From positions 1 to 60,486 of IMG/VR virus record IMGVR_UViG_3300037846_000086: DNA of 60,486 bases; one strand, given 5' to 3'. This stretch comes from a virus (taxonomy: Duplodnaviria > Caudoviricetes). Positions 36,317 to 47,068 of the stretch are shown piece by piece. The notes under the pieces are model-generated. The model saw only the letters and a list, made by a program, of their open reading frames with translations. It did no database searches and was not told the DNA's origin. Numbering within the stretch: the first letter of the stretch is position 1; each line of letters opens with the position of its first letter. The position numbers and the translations under genes were made by a program.

Positions 36317-39300
36317 ATGGCGATTACCTTTGAAGCTCTGGCCGGCGTACTGAGCCTGAACGTCAATCAGTGGACGAGCGGCTTTCAGAAGGCAGGCACG
36401 GATGCGTCGCGGTTCAAGGCTGCCGCGAGCCAAGCATTCAACACGCTCTCAGTCGGGGCCCGCAACGTCGGCCTGGCGCTGGGCGGTATCGGGACGGCCA
36501 TGGCCGCGGCGGCGGCAATCACGGTCAAGGAAGCCTCGACCTTCGAACAGACGATGGCTCGCCTGAAGGCGACTGTTTGGGCCACACTCAAGGACACCGA
36601 AGCCGTCAACGCCGCCATGGTAAAGCTGACAAATCAGACCAGCGAACTGGCCAAGGTTACGCAGTACAACCCTCAGCAGATCGCTCAGGGCATGATCGCC
36701 CTGAAGCTGGCCGGCCTGGACGTGACGCAAGTAATGGGTGCGCTCTCTCCGGCGCTAAACCTGGCTGCTGCATCTCAAACCGACGTCATGCAGACGGCCG
36801 CGATGCTCGGCAGTGCGATCAACGGTCTGGGCCTTCCCGTTCAGGATATTACCAGGCTCGTTGACGTACTCGCCAAGGCCAGTGTGACGAGCAACACCGA
36901 CATCATGGAACTAGGTGTGGCGTTTCGATACGTCGGCTCGCTCGGGCACGCTGCCGGCATCTCGCTGGAAACGATGACGGCCGAACTGATGTCCTTGGCT
37001 CAAGGGGGCCGCGCTGGCATGCTCGGCGGCACTGCCTTGCGGCAGATTTTCGCCGCCCTGTACGGCGACTCGAAGAATTCCGAGAAAGTGTTTCGCGAGT
37101 TGGGGATCAGTATTCGCGACGTTGGCAATGTCGTCAAGCCGCTCGATGTGTTGATTGACGAGTTCAATGCGAAGTCACAGGCTTTAGGCTCGACCTTCGA
37201 TGTGGTCGGCGCTTCGCTCAAAGCCTTCGGCGACCGCGGCGGCCCGGCCTTCGCCGACATGCTACTTCGCGGCGGCCAGGCGATCAGGGACTTTAAGGTC
37301 AGCATGAAAGACGCTGGCGACACCGCCGCGACCATGGCGAATATCCAGCTCGCCACCACGCAAAGCGCTTTCACGCTGCTCAAAAGCTCGGTCCAGCTAT
37401 TGAGTATCGAAATCGGAAATAAGCTCAACCCGGTCTTGAAGGCCGCGGCACTGTCCCTGATGGATTGGGTCAATGCCAACATCGCGGCTATTTCCAGCGG
37501 CGTCGGGGAGTGGTGGAAGGGATTCGTAGCCACGATCAAAGACTACGGCGCCGCGTTTAGTCGAGCGTTTCAGATCGTGCGGCCGGCAATCGATTGGTTC
37601 CGGGGCGCTTTAATTTCCGTCCGCGACACGGCAAGTAACTTGTTCGACCGATTGCCGCTGTGGGCTCAGGATGTTGTACAAGTCGGGCTGGCGCTGTCGG
37701 CAATTGGGTTTGGACTGAAGAGCATCGGCGGTCAATTGCCAATCATCGGTACGGCCTTCATGGCCTTCGGTGCCCTCATCAATCCGCTGGGAATTATCGG
37801 CGGGTTGTTTACGGTTCTCGTGTCAGCGATCGCAGCCATCGCCACTCCGACCGGCGCCGCCGTTGTGGCGCTCGGCCTACTTGCTGCGCCAATCGCGCTG
37901 GCAATCGCCAACAGCCAAGAGCTGCGAGAGAAGCTGGTCGAAGTGCTTGCCGACATCCGCGACGGCGCCATCGCTTTAGCCAACGGTGCGCTAAAAATCC
38001 TGGCTGAGTGGTGGGCGAAGAATAAGGACGAGATCGTCCGCACCGGAGAGCTGGCCGCAAAGTCATTTGCCGATATGGCCGAAGCCGCGAAGCCGCTGGC
38101 GGCGTTCTTGGCCAGTGCGCTGGGCGTGGCCTTGAAGGACATGCTCAACAGCTTGGCCGAGATTCTGAAGATCGGCAACGACCTGACGGCCTGGCTGCGC
38201 GAAGACTCTGTTTCCGCCGGCAACGAATTTCAGAAGATGCTTTTGAGCTTGATTCGACTGCTCGCCAAAGTTATCGAAATGACGCCCGGACTAGGGCTCG
38301 TGTTCAAGCCCATGACCGACCAGATGCGAGCTTTCGCCGACGAGCAAGAGCGAATCTTGGAGTTGGACGCCAAAGGCCGTAGTACGAAGGGACTGATGGC
38401 GACAGAGTCCGATCAGGTCGCGGCAGCCAAGAAAAAAGAACAAGGACTACTGGCTACCGATCAAGCTGAAGCTGATCGGCAGCGCAAAATTCGTGGCGAT
38501 GCCGTTGTCGCGGAGCAAGCGAGACTCGACGCTCTCCGAGCTGCTGCCGGCGCCAAGGCAACTCCGTCCGTGCCTGTGATTGCGACGACCGCTGGCCCTC
38601 TTCAGCAGCCCGCCGGGCTGCATACCATATCGGACCAAGCAAGTGCTGGGGGCGTGCCCGCCACGGCGGCGTCCGGAGGCGGCGCAAGCGGAGCCGGAAG
38701 TTCGGCCGGTGGCGCTGTTGCTGGCTCCAGCGCAGGCGGTAGCGAAAAAGAAAAGAAAACCGTAGCGCCGCTCGACGAGGCTGAGCTTGTCAAGCGCTAT
38801 GGGGCCAAGCTCGGTAATACGAACCGCGAGCAAGCCCTGGCCATGTTCGGCGGCCTTCACGAAGGGGTCACGGGTGCGCTCAATAAGGACAAAGATACTG
38901 GCGCCATCGACACCACGCAAGCCATGACCGTGGTGGAGAACTACCGCAAAATCCTCTCCAAGATTCCCGGCTACTCGGCCGAGGCGTTCGAAGCCGTCTC
39001 AATCCAGCTCATCGGCTCACTGCGGAAGCTGAACGGCGTGGCCGAGCCCGAGATTCAAAAGATGCTGCTTACCGGCATCGAACAGGCTGCCGACCAAGGG
39101 GAGAAAGTTTTCCAGGACAAGGCTGCCCTGCTGGCGCAGCAGGCCGAGCAGTGGCGGCAGAAGAGCGCCGCAGGGATCGCGGCCAAGATCGACGAGCTGG
39201 CCAAGTATGGCGACGCCGTGCTCGCTGAAGCCAGGAAGGCCGGGGCCTCGACTACCGAGCTGGCCGAGCTGAACAATTACGAGATGAAAGCCAACGAGGC

Positions 39301-40267
39301 CATGCAGCAAATCGGCAAACTGCATGGCGAGGAACGAGACGCAGCCATCAAAGACTTGCAGGACACCGTGGCGGCCTACGAGAAGGCCTATAACCGGATC
39401 GTCCGGAAGGTCGATGAATCCGGCAAGGCGATCGCCGCGGCCGGCGGAGCGGCCGCTGGCGTGGCCGAGCGGGCTGCTGGAGAGCGTGCGGCCCGGCAAG
39501 CTCGCATGGCCGGCGGAGATGCTGGCCTTGCAGCCGCCCCTCAAGCTGGCGGACAGGGTGTCCAAGGTGGCGGGCCGGCTGGTGCACAGCAGCCAGGCCA
39601 AGCTGCGGCTGTCGGCGCCGCTCCCGCTGGGCCTAACCTTGTGGGAGCCAGCCCGGAAGCCAGGCGAGCCAGGATGGCCGCTCAGAAAGCCGCGGACGCC
39701 GCCCAGCCGGGGCTTGTCGATCAGGTCACGAATATGGCCAACGAAATGAGTTCCATAATGACTGGGGCCGTCAGTGGCGCATTCTCGGCAGCGGCTCCAG
39801 GGATGGAGGCTGTGGCCCAGGTCATGGAAAGCGGTTCACCGCTTCAGAAGCTCAGCACGCAGATTACCGCCTTGAGTGCTCACTTGAGCATGCTGCGACT
39901 CAACGCGCAGTTTGGAGCCAACCCCGACGACATCCGGACGATGCAAACGCAGCTCGGCGGGCTGGAGCGCCGCCGCAGCTTGATGCTTGAGGCGGAACGC
40001 AAGGGCCGTACGATGGCGGACAAAGACCGCCAAGCAAATTACCAGCGGATGAAACAAGAAGAACTGAATCAAGCTCGCGACGAACGGCGAGAGACCGGCT
40101 ACGATCTAGCCGGCGCCGTGGCCGTGTCTGGACTTCGCAGCCCGACTATCATCAATATCAACGGTATTCACGACATTCGGACGGCCGTTGACCATCTGGA
40201 GCTGGAGCTAAAGCGGCGAGGGTGGAACCGCGGCACCAAGCGCACGCTCGAAGCTCGCTTCCAGTAA
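36317..40267 (+). CDS. tape measure protein (TP901-like core)
   Basis: 1316 aa, Ala-rich helical; T.Y...QIAQGM..L..AG, DVLAKAS..SNTDI.ELG.AF.YVG, GTALR. Confidence 0.92.
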   Translation: MAITFEALAGVLSLNVNQWTSGFQKAGTDASRFKAAASQAFNTLSVGARNVGLALGGIGTAMAAAAAITVKEASTFEQTMARLKATVWATLKDTEAVNAAMVKLTNQTSELAKVTQYNPQQIAQGMIALKLAGLDVTQVMGALSPALNLAAASQTDVMQTAAMLGSAINGLGLPVQDITRLVDVLAKASVTSNTDIMELGVAFRYVGSLGHAAGISLETMTAELMSLAQGGRAGMLGGTALRQIFAALYGDSKNSEKVFRELGISIRDVGNVVKPLDVLIDEFNAKSQALGSTFDVVGASLKAFGDRGGPAFADMLLRGGQAIRDFKVSMKDAGDTAATMANIQLATTQSAFTLLKSSVQLLSIEIGNKLNPVLKAAALSLMDWVNANIAAISSGVGEWWKGFVATIKDYGAAFSRAFQIVRPAIDWFRGALISVRDTASNLFDRLPLWAQDVVQVGLALSAIGFGLKSIGGQLPIIGTAFMAFGALINPLGIIGGLFTVLVSAIAAIATPTGAAVVALGLLAAPIALAIANSQELREKLVEVLADIRDGAIALANGALKILAEWWAKNKDEIVRTGELAAKSFADMAEAAKPLAAFLASALGVALKDMLNSLAEILKIGNDLTAWLREDSVSAGNEFQKMLLSLIRLLAKVIEMTPGLGLVFKPMTDQMRAFADEQERILELDAKGRSTKGLMATESDQVAAAKKKEQGLLATDQAEADRQRKIRGDAVVAEQARLDALRAAAGAKATPSVPVIATTAGPLQQPAGLHTISDQASAGGVPATAASGGGASGAGSSAGGAVAGSSAGGSEKEKKTVAPLDEAELVKRYGAKLGNTNREQALAMFGGLHEGVTGALNKDKDTGAIDTTQAMTVVENYRKILSKIPGYSAEAFEAVSIQLIGSLRKLNGVAEPEIQKMLLTGIEQAADQGEKVFQDKAALLAQQAEQWRQKSAAGIAAKIDELAKYGDAVLAEARKAGASTTELAELNNYEMKANEAMQQIGKLHGEERDAAIKDLQDTVAAYEKAYNRIVRKVDESGKAIAAAGGAAAGVAERAAGERAARQARMAGGDAGLAAAPQAGGQGVQGGGPAGAQQPGQAAAVGAAPAGPNLVGASPEARRARMAAQKAADAAQPGLVDQVTNMANEMSSIMTGAVSGAFSAAAPGMEAVAQVMESGSPLQKLSTQITALSAHLSMLRLNAQFGANPDDIRTMQTQLGGLERRRSLMLEAERKGRTMADKDRQANYQRMKQEELNQARDERRETGYDLAGAVAVSGLRSPTIININGIHDIRTAVDHLELELKRRGWNRGTKRTLEARFQ

Positions 40268-40291
40268 CCGATTCTGCCAAGGAGGGTCGGC

Positions 40292-42616
40292 GTGCGGACG
40301 TACACGGACAATTTCAATACGCAGCTACTCGCCGGCCATAGCAAGCCCTACCTCGTGCTCGAAATCGAATGGGGCTCTCCGCCGAGCTTCGGCGCGTTCC
40401 ACGGCACGCAGATCGGCACGTACTTCTATCTCGATCGCGAGCAAGATTCCTTTGAGACGCTAGATAGCGATCGCTTCCCCGATCCGATCGCCAACAAAGT
40501 CGCGGCGGCGCTCGTCGTCGATTGGGGCGTGCAAACGCTGACGCTCAAGGAAGATCAGGTCAGTGCTATCGACTCGATCACCATTAAGATCGAGGATCGC
40601 AATGGCCAGCTTACAACGTTCCTCGGCGGCCAGCTTGAGCAGCAAAACAAGACCGTCAAAATCTGGCGCATGTTCGACGATCCGAGCGTGCTGTGGTCAC
40701 GCGACAAGGCCCTCATGTTCGAGGGTATTACGAAGCCGCACACGTACAACGAGGCCGACAACACCATCACCTTCCAAGTGGATGATCCGAGCCGCCAGGT
40801 CATCGGGACGCTGCAATGCCTGGCCACGCAGGATGTGTTTCCGCTTATTCAGAGTGAGTATCAAGATCGCAACGTCCCGACGGTTTGGGGAATTGCCAAC
40901 CGCGTCGAAGGCGTCTTGATCCAGCAGCCTTGGCAAACGCGCACGATTGGATCGGTGCGAGCGTTCGGGGCTACGGGTCAGATCGTTGACATCCAAGACC
41001 ATCCACGCGATTTGAAGATCCCTATCGGCGCCGGAAACGCCAGTCAGCCGATCGTCGTCTACATGGGCAGCGATGACGCCACGCGAACGGTGACGGTTAA
41101 GTTCCATCAGTCGTCCACACCGGCCACGTCGCCGAGTTGGATTGAGTTCGTGGCCACGCCGGACTTCCAGGTGGCCACGGCGACGATCGGTTCCGTAGTG
41201 CCGATCGGTGGTTCCAAAGAGGCGATCATTCCTTACGGCAACGTCGGCAGTCCGCACTCGCTGGACCTTGATTCGGTCGTGGCCGTCAACAGTTACTGCC
41301 AGGTACATCAGGGCAGCGTGTGGCAAGATGCCACAATCAAAAGCATCGCCAAAGACACGGGCATCCTGTCGTATCGCGTGACGTTCAATGAGCTGGCTAT
41401 CGGCCAGGCGTTGGCCGCTGGACAAGGAATCGTCTTCACCGACCTGACCAGTGACAACTCGACATTCGAAGCCGGCACGTTCATTACGCCGCGGAGCGGG
41501 AGCTATATCTATGCCGTCAATTCGCTGCCAAGCAAGCAAGTCTTCAAGGTCGAAGGCTGGGGGTTTGTCAGCGATCCGAGCGGCGCCGGCGCCGAGGATT
41601 TTATCATCATCGGCGACCAATCATTCACACTGATCGAGGATGGCAGCTTGGGCGTCGTCAAGGTCACGAGCACGGCCTGGACCGTGAACCTCAACGACCA
41701 TACGTGGAATCTCGGCACGGGTGCTATCAATGACCTCGGCCGCAACATTACGACGGTCACATTCAAAGGGCCGCCGCGATTCTACTCCTTGCCGCTGACG
41801 AGCAATCGTATCTGGGTCACACTGCAAGGCGTCGAAGATCGCGGCGATTCAACGGGTGCCCCGATCGACTCGCCGCCGCTCGTCATCTTGGAGTACCTAA
41901 CGAACCCGCACCTTTGCAATCTCGTGACGGGTCTAGTCAACGTCGCGTCGTTCCACGCGGCCGCCACGGCGACGACGCATATCAACGCCTGGCGAACGCT
42001 GGAGATGGCCACGGTCTACGCCGGCTTTGCGCAGATCGAAGCTCGCGACGGCTTAGAGCTGTTGCAAGACATCGCGCGGCAGGTTCACTGCGTACTGTTT
42101 TTCGATCAAGGCAAGGTGTCGATTCTGCCGCTGACGAACTACATCCAAAACTGGGTGGCGACGTTCGATGAGACCTGCATCGAATCGCGCTCGCTCACGA
42201 TTGCCGAAACGGACGCCTACGAAGCCAAGACACGGTTGACCGCCAACTGGACGTATGAGTTTGACGACAAGAAGCCGAAGCGGAAGGTAGTGGCGCTGAA
42301 TCAAAACGCCTTGGACATCTTGGGACTGAATCAAGGCGAGATCGACCTGGACTTGTATAGCGATCGCGTGCAGGTGCAAAACGAGCTGGCGTTCAAGCTC
42401 ATGCGGCTAAGTCGGATTTTCCGCGAGGTCTCGTTTACGGCCTTTCATAAGGCCCTCGTGCTCCAGCCAGGCGACTGGATTCAATTGGGCTACACCGAAA
42501 TCGATACGCGCGTCATCATCCCGGCCGGGACGCGCTGCGAAGTCCTCGAAGTCAGCGATCAGCCGCCAAGCGGGCGCGTCAAGGTCAAGTGCCGGTACGT
42601 CCAGTTCCAGTATTAG
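40292..42616 (+). CDS. tail tip / hub protein
   Basis: Follows TMP; PTVWG, PPLVILEYL, LQDIA, LQPGD.I motifs; RBS AAGGAGG. Confidence 0.7.
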   Translation: MRTYTDNFNTQLLAGHSKPYLVLEIEWGSPPSFGAFHGTQIGTYFYLDREQDSFETLDSDRFPDPIANKVAAALVVDWGVQTLTLKEDQVSAIDSITIKIEDRNGQLTTFLGGQLEQQNKTVKIWRMFDDPSVLWSRDKALMFEGITKPHTYNEADNTITFQVDDPSRQVIGTLQCLATQDVFPLIQSEYQDRNVPTVWGIANRVEGVLIQQPWQTRTIGSVRAFGATGQIVDIQDHPRDLKIPIGAGNASQPIVVYMGSDDATRTVTVKFHQSSTPATSPSWIEFVATPDFQVATATIGSVVPIGGSKEAIIPYGNVGSPHSLDLDSVVAVNSYCQVHQGSVWQDATIKSIAKDTGILSYRVTFNELAIGQALAAGQGIVFTDLTSDNSTFEAGTFITPRSGSYIYAVNSLPSKQVFKVEGWGFVSDPSGAGAEDFIIIGDQSFTLIEDGSLGVVKVTSTAWTVNLNDHTWNLGTGAINDLGRNITTVTFKGPPRFYSLPLTSNRIWVTLQGVEDRGDSTGAPIDSPPLVILEYLTNPHLCNLVTGLVNVASFHAAATATTHINAWRTLEMATVYAGFAQIEARDGLELLQDIARQVHCVLFFDQGKVSILPLTNYIQNWVATFDETCIESRSLTIAETDAYEAKTRLTANWTYEFDDKKPKRKVVALNQNALDILGLNQGEIDLDLYSDRVQVQNELAFKLMRLSRIFREVSFTAFHKALVLQPGDWIQLGYTEIDTRVIIPAGTRCEVLEVSDQPPSGRVKVKCRYVQFQY

Positions 42617-42620
42617 ACCT

Positions 42621-45600
42621 ATGGGAATCGTCGCCGCCTTAAACGCCGCACTGCAATCGCGGCGCAAAGAGCTTGCCAGCAAACTACAGCACTTCGCCAA
42701 AGCCGCCACGACGGCCGCCAAGGGGCTTGTCGGTTATGCCTACGCCTACGGCTATGTCTCGCGGCCGCCAGAAAGCTACGGCTACACGTACGGCTACAAT
42801 CCGCCACCCGTGACTCCCCCGGACTATGGCTATGGCTACGAAAGCTACGGATATGAGTACGGGTACGCCTACGGCTATTCGTATGGCTACTGCTACCAGC
42901 AATACGGAATTGTTCGGCGAGCGTTGCGCTTGCTTCGCGTGCAATGGGCCTCGTGGCGACTCGGCAAGCCGATAGGAAGCGGCCTGTGGGATCATGCCTA
43001 CGTCTTGAACCTCGACCGACGGCCGGATCGGCTGACCAAGATCGACGCCCAACTCCGCCGCTTCGGCATCAACTATACGCGCATCGCCGGCGTGGACGGC
43101 ACCGACCCGGCCGTGGCCGAAGATCATCGCACCGACGAGCGGATCAATCGCAAACAACTGCCGGGGGTAGGAATCTTTGGCTGCCTGCTCGGGCACATTC
43201 GCATCCTCGAAGCCGCCAAGGCGGCTGGACATCGCCGCGTGCTCATCTTCGAGGACGATGCTGTCCTCCATCGCGATTTCGCCCGGCAGCTCGACCGCGT
43301 GCGAAAGCTGCCGGCGTGGAAGATGATCTACCTCGGGGCTATCCAGATCAATTGGGACCGTGTGCAACTCGACGGCGATCGCTACCTGGCCGAGCACACG
43401 CACGGCCTGCACGCTTATCTACTCGACACGAGCTGCCTGAGCGAGTTGCTGGAGACGATGCGCAGCCGGCAGTGGACTCCGGACGACGCCGCCATTGCCA
43501 GCGTACAAAAGACGCACCGCGGCCAAGTGTTCGTGATGTGGCCTAACCTGGCCGTTCAGCGGATGGACTACAGCGACAATCGCAGCGATGCGCAAAATGC
43601 CGTCGTCACGAAAGCCGCCCGCTGGGACTCTTCGCTCTACCTGTTCGACAACCTTTCGCCGGCTTGGCCGGCCAGATCGTTCTCGCTCAACAGCATCGTC
43701 GACCAGGTCTACGTCCTGAACCTCGACCGCCGGCGAGATCGCTGGGAGGCGATGGAGGCCAAGCTGGCCGAAGTCGGCTTGCAAGCTGTGCGCTGGCGAG
43801 CTATCGACGGCCAAAGCGACCAGATCAAGCGGCAATTCGCGGCCGACAAGCAAGTGGACCGGAAGCGCTGCGAGCAGTCGAGTGGCTACGCCTGCTTGCT
43901 ATCGCACGCCGAGATCATCTTGGATGCCAAGAAACGCGGCTTGCGTCGGATTCTCATCCTGGAAGATGACGCGCTTTTCCATAAAGACTTCCGAGCGTTG
44001 ATCGGGCCGGCCATGGCGCGGCTGCCGGATGATTGGAAGCTCATCTACCTCGGCGCAACGCAACTCGATTGGTCGAGCATCTTACTCGGTCCGGACGAGT
44101 TCTACCTTGCAACCAACACATTAGGCACGTTTGCTTACATGCTGGACTGCTCGGCTTTTGACGATGCACTGCGAGCCATCGACGCCAAAAAAGACGCTGT
44201 TGATTATGCGATGGCTCGGGGCGTCCAGACGAAGTGGCGCGGTAAGTGCTTTGTCCTGAATCCGAATCTCGTCATCGCTGACTTGAAAGACTCGGACATT
44301 CGTAGCGACGGCGCGAACCGCTGGCTGGCCGAGCACTTGAAATGGGATCGAGCGCAGTATAGCGACGCCACGACCACAACCGTTACATTTGGAATTACGG
44401 CTTTCAATCGGCCGCAGTACCTTGAGCGGCTAGTGGCCTCGATCTTACGATTCTATCCCCAGGCCACGATCATCGTGGCCGATAACGGCAAGCTAAAGGC
44501 GAAGCTGCCGCCTGGAGTCCAAGTGTTGCCGTTGCCTTTCGATTGCGGCGTTTCAGCCGCACGCAACGCCCTCTATCGATCCTTCCGCACGAAGTACCTG
44601 CTGATCTTGGAAGAGGACTTCATCTTTACGGCCGAGACGCGCGTCGAGCGATTCGTTGACGTACTCGACAGCGATCTGGCCGTGGGCCTCGTCGGGGGAG
44701 CTTTAGACCTCGACGGCGCGAAGCACGACTACTCAATTACCATCTCGCAATTCGGCAGCGAAGTACGCTTGTCGAAGGCGAGCACGGCCTGGCGCACGAC
44801 GCACTCCGGCACGACGTACCGGACCTGCGATATGGTTTTCATGTTCTGCCTCGTGCGGCGCGAGCTGACACAGGACTTGCTTTGGGACGAGCGGCTCGTG
44901 ATTGGCGGCGAGCACCTGGCCTATTTCCAAGAGATGCAGAAAATGGGCCGCTGGCGAACGGCATACACACCTTGCGTGAGCTGTGTTCACGACCGCGGCG
45001 GCCGGACGCGTCAGTACAACGAATTCCGCGGCCGAGCCGCCAGCTACGTCGAGCGATGGAGAAACTTGTACCGACTGGCCGGGCCTTTTCGCGAGCCAGG
45101 AACCTCCATCCCGTTGCCGATGCACGAAAAGCCTAACCTGATTATCTTCGGCGTAGGGCATTCAGGCACGAGTGTCGTCGTCAAGATGGCCTTTCAACTC
45201 GGCTGGCTGAAGGGCGATGCCGATGAGAAGTACGGCGAGAGCGTGCGGCTGCGCGAGTTCAATCAGACGGCGATTATTCGGAGCCAGAAGTTCGACACCA
45301 AGGCGGCCAGCGATTTGATCGCTGCGCTGCCGCGGCCGTGGGCACTCAAAGACCCGCGTTTCGTCGAGCTGTTCAAGGACTGGCTGCCGATCTGGCTGGC
45401 ATTGGAGCCGCTACCGCTGCTGTTGTTCTTGTCGCGCAACGAGACCGATTTGGCCGTCAGCTACGCCCGCCGTGGTGAACTCGTGGCCGGTCGGCCAGGC
45501 GCCCGCGGCCGAGAACTGGGCGACCTCGTGCGGCTGGCCGAACAGTCGTATCAAACCTGGCCCGGCCCGAAGCTGCGGCTAACCTACGAACAGCTTGAGC

Positions 45601-45644
45601 AAGCGTTGCCGCTGTTCAAGGCCGGCGCTCACGGGCATGGTTGA
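42621..45644 (+). CDS. multidomain protein: Tyr-Gly repeat, GT25, GT25, GT2, sulfotransferase-like
   Basis: Two copies of YVLNLDRR.DR...CLL.H...I.EDDA...W..IYLG; ITAFNRP...IIVADNG...GVSAARN...LEEDF; GVGHSGTS...WALKDPRF. Confidence 0.85.
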   Translation: MGIVAALNAALQSRRKELASKLQHFAKAATTAAKGLVGYAYAYGYVSRPPESYGYTYGYNPPPVTPPDYGYGYESYGYEYGYAYGYSYGYCYQQYGIVRRALRLLRVQWASWRLGKPIGSGLWDHAYVLNLDRRPDRLTKIDAQLRRFGINYTRIAGVDGTDPAVAEDHRTDERINRKQLPGVGIFGCLLGHIRILEAAKAAGHRRVLIFEDDAVLHRDFARQLDRVRKLPAWKMIYLGAIQINWDRVQLDGDRYLAEHTHGLHAYLLDTSCLSELLETMRSRQWTPDDAAIASVQKTHRGQVFVMWPNLAVQRMDYSDNRSDAQNAVVTKAARWDSSLYLFDNLSPAWPARSFSLNSIVDQVYVLNLDRRRDRWEAMEAKLAEVGLQAVRWRAIDGQSDQIKRQFAADKQVDRKRCEQSSGYACLLSHAEIILDAKKRGLRRILILEDDALFHKDFRALIGPAMARLPDDWKLIYLGATQLDWSSILLGPDEFYLATNTLGTFAYMLDCSAFDDALRAIDAKKDAVDYAMARGVQTKWRGKCFVLNPNLVIADLKDSDIRSDGANRWLAEHLKWDRAQYSDATTTTVTFGITAFNRPQYLERLVASILRFYPQATIIVADNGKLKAKLPPGVQVLPLPFDCGVSAARNALYRSFRTKYLLILEEDFIFTAETRVERFVDVLDSDLAVGLVGGALDLDGAKHDYSITISQFGSEVRLSKASTAWRTTHSGTTYRTCDMVFMFCLVRRELTQDLLWDERLVIGGEHLAYFQEMQKMGRWRTAYTPCVSCVHDRGGRTRQYNEFRGRAASYVERWRNLYRLAGPFREPGTSIPLPMHEKPNLIIFGVGHSGTSVVVKMAFQLGWLKGDADEKYGESVRLREFNQTAIIRSQKFDTKAASDLIAALPRPWALKDPRFVELFKDWLPIWLALEPLPLLLFLSRNETDLAVSYARRGELVAGRPGARGRELGDLVRLAEQSYQTWPGPKLRLTYEQLEQALPLFKAGAHGHG
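42732..42908 (+). repeat. low-complexity Tyr-Gly-Tyr-X coding repeat
   Basis: GYAYAYGY...YGYTYGY...YGYGYESYGYEYGYAYGYSYGYCY. Confidence 0.9.
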
Positions 45645-45648
45645 CCTG

Positions 45649-45677
45649 TTGACAAGGCTATCGCCGCGATATATAGT
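45649..45677 (+). promoter_or_regulatory. sigma70 promoter with perfect operator TATCG-CCG-CGATA (45659-45671)
   Basis: TTGACA-17nt-TATAGT, then RBS GGAGG. Confidence 0.8.
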
Positions 45678-45695
45678 CGCGGGCCGGAGGAACAA

Positions 45696-46436
45696 ATGAC
45701 AAAGCTCATCCTACGCGTTGACGATTGCGGCTGGACGCCAGACAAGGCCGACGATCGGAACCTGGAATACTTCCTGAGCTGGCGGGCAGCCCTGGCACTC
45801 CCGGTTGATGCGCACGTGACCTATGGGTTTATCCCGGTCACGCTCGGCTTCCGTGAGCTGGGGCGGCTGGAAGATGAACTTGGCCCCAACGAACGGCTGG
45901 CCGTCCACGGCTGGGACCATGCCGATGGCGCTGTAGTGACGGCGAAGCAAATGCGGTACGGGCTTAGGCTTTTGTACACGCTCACGCTCGACCGCCTTGT
46001 AGACTATGCCCCGGCCTATATTCCGCCATTCAATCGTTACGATCATCAGACGATAAGGGATTGGAGAGAGCAGACGTATAGCAGCTTCAGAGGCAGTCTA
46101 AATTGCCACTCCGTTTTCTTCGGCGGCTTCACAGATAGCGCCGTCGGGCTGAACCTGAGCAGCGATCCGATCATGGCCGTACCCGGGCTGCTGCATCTGC
46201 CGGCCGAAAAGGAACTCTACGGCCGAGCTGCGGAACTATTGGACCGTCTACCGCGATGGCTGGAGAAAGATCATCCGGATTCGGCACCGGCCGTCGTGAC
46301 GCTCCACGCGACGTGGGACTGCAACGATTTTCTCTCACTGGCCGAACTCGGCAAGCTGCTAGCGCCGCTACTCGTGTCGCCGGATGATGCGTTGCAGTAC
46401 CTTGTGCATCGCGGTCGCGTGGGAGGGAGAGTCTAG
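45696..46436 (+). CDS. polysaccharide deacetylase-like (CE4/NodB fold)
   Basis: LRVDD, HGWDH, YIPPFN, VTLH motifs. Confidence 0.75.
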   Translation: MTKLILRVDDCGWTPDKADDRNLEYFLSWRAALALPVDAHVTYGFIPVTLGFRELGRLEDELGPNERLAVHGWDHADGAVVTAKQMRYGLRLLYTLTLDRLVDYAPAYIPPFNRYDHQTIRDWREQTYSSFRGSLNCHSVFFGGFTDSAVGLNLSSDPIMAVPGLLHLPAEKELYGRAAELLDRLPRWLEKDHPDSAPAVVTLHATWDCNDFLSLAELGKLLAPLLVSPDDALQYLVHRGRVGGRV

Positions 46437-47059
46437 TGCTGATCGACACAGGCAAGGCCGGCTACGACTCGGTCCGCGAATTCGAGCAGCGCGTTGCGCC
46501 AGCACTGGCCGGCGATCCGATTCTCGGGCCGCGAGACCTCGAACCTTATCCCTCGACCGAACCGGCCGTGCAATGGCTGAGTCAACTTGCCAGCGGTCGT
46601 GTCTTGGAAATCGGCTGTGGCTTCGGCCGAATGTCCATCGCGTTGCCGTGGATGTCCAGCTATTTGGGCATCGATCCAGTGGCTGCGAAAATCCGGCGTG
46701 CCAGGTGGGATTACCAGAAAGATGAGCCGTGGGTCCGGTTCGAGTGTGTCAATCCGCGAGAGTGGCACCTTGACCTGAAGTTCGATTCGATCATCACGGT
46801 TACCGTGCTCCAGCACTTGACGCGGCCCGATACGATCAAGACGCTGGAGCTGGCCCGCGAGCACTTGGCAGCCAACGGGCGAATCCTCTGTTACGAGGGC
46901 TGCCTGCTGCCCGTGACCTCGGGGCGTTGCGAGCAGATGTATGCCGGACCGCTCCAAGCCGAGCACATGATCCCAAAGCCGTTGGACGAAATTGCGGAAG
47001 CGGCTGGGATTACGTGGTCTGGCGGCGGCTGCCGGATCAGTTTCACACCGAAGGCTTGA
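46436..47059 (+). CDS. class I SAM-dependent methyltransferase
   Basis: VLEIGCGFGR, LGID, FDSIITVTVLQH. Confidence 0.85.
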   Translation: MLIDTGKAGYDSVREFEQRVAPALAGDPILGPRDLEPYPSTEPAVQWLSQLASGRVLEIGCGFGRMSIALPWMSSYLGIDPVAAKIRRARWDYQKDEPWVRFECVNPREWHLDLKFDSIITVTVLQHLTRPDTIKTLELAREHLAANGRILCYEGCLLPVTSGRCEQMYAGPLQAEHMIPKPLDEIAEAAGITWSGGGCRISFTPKA

Positions 47060-47068
47060 GGGATCATT

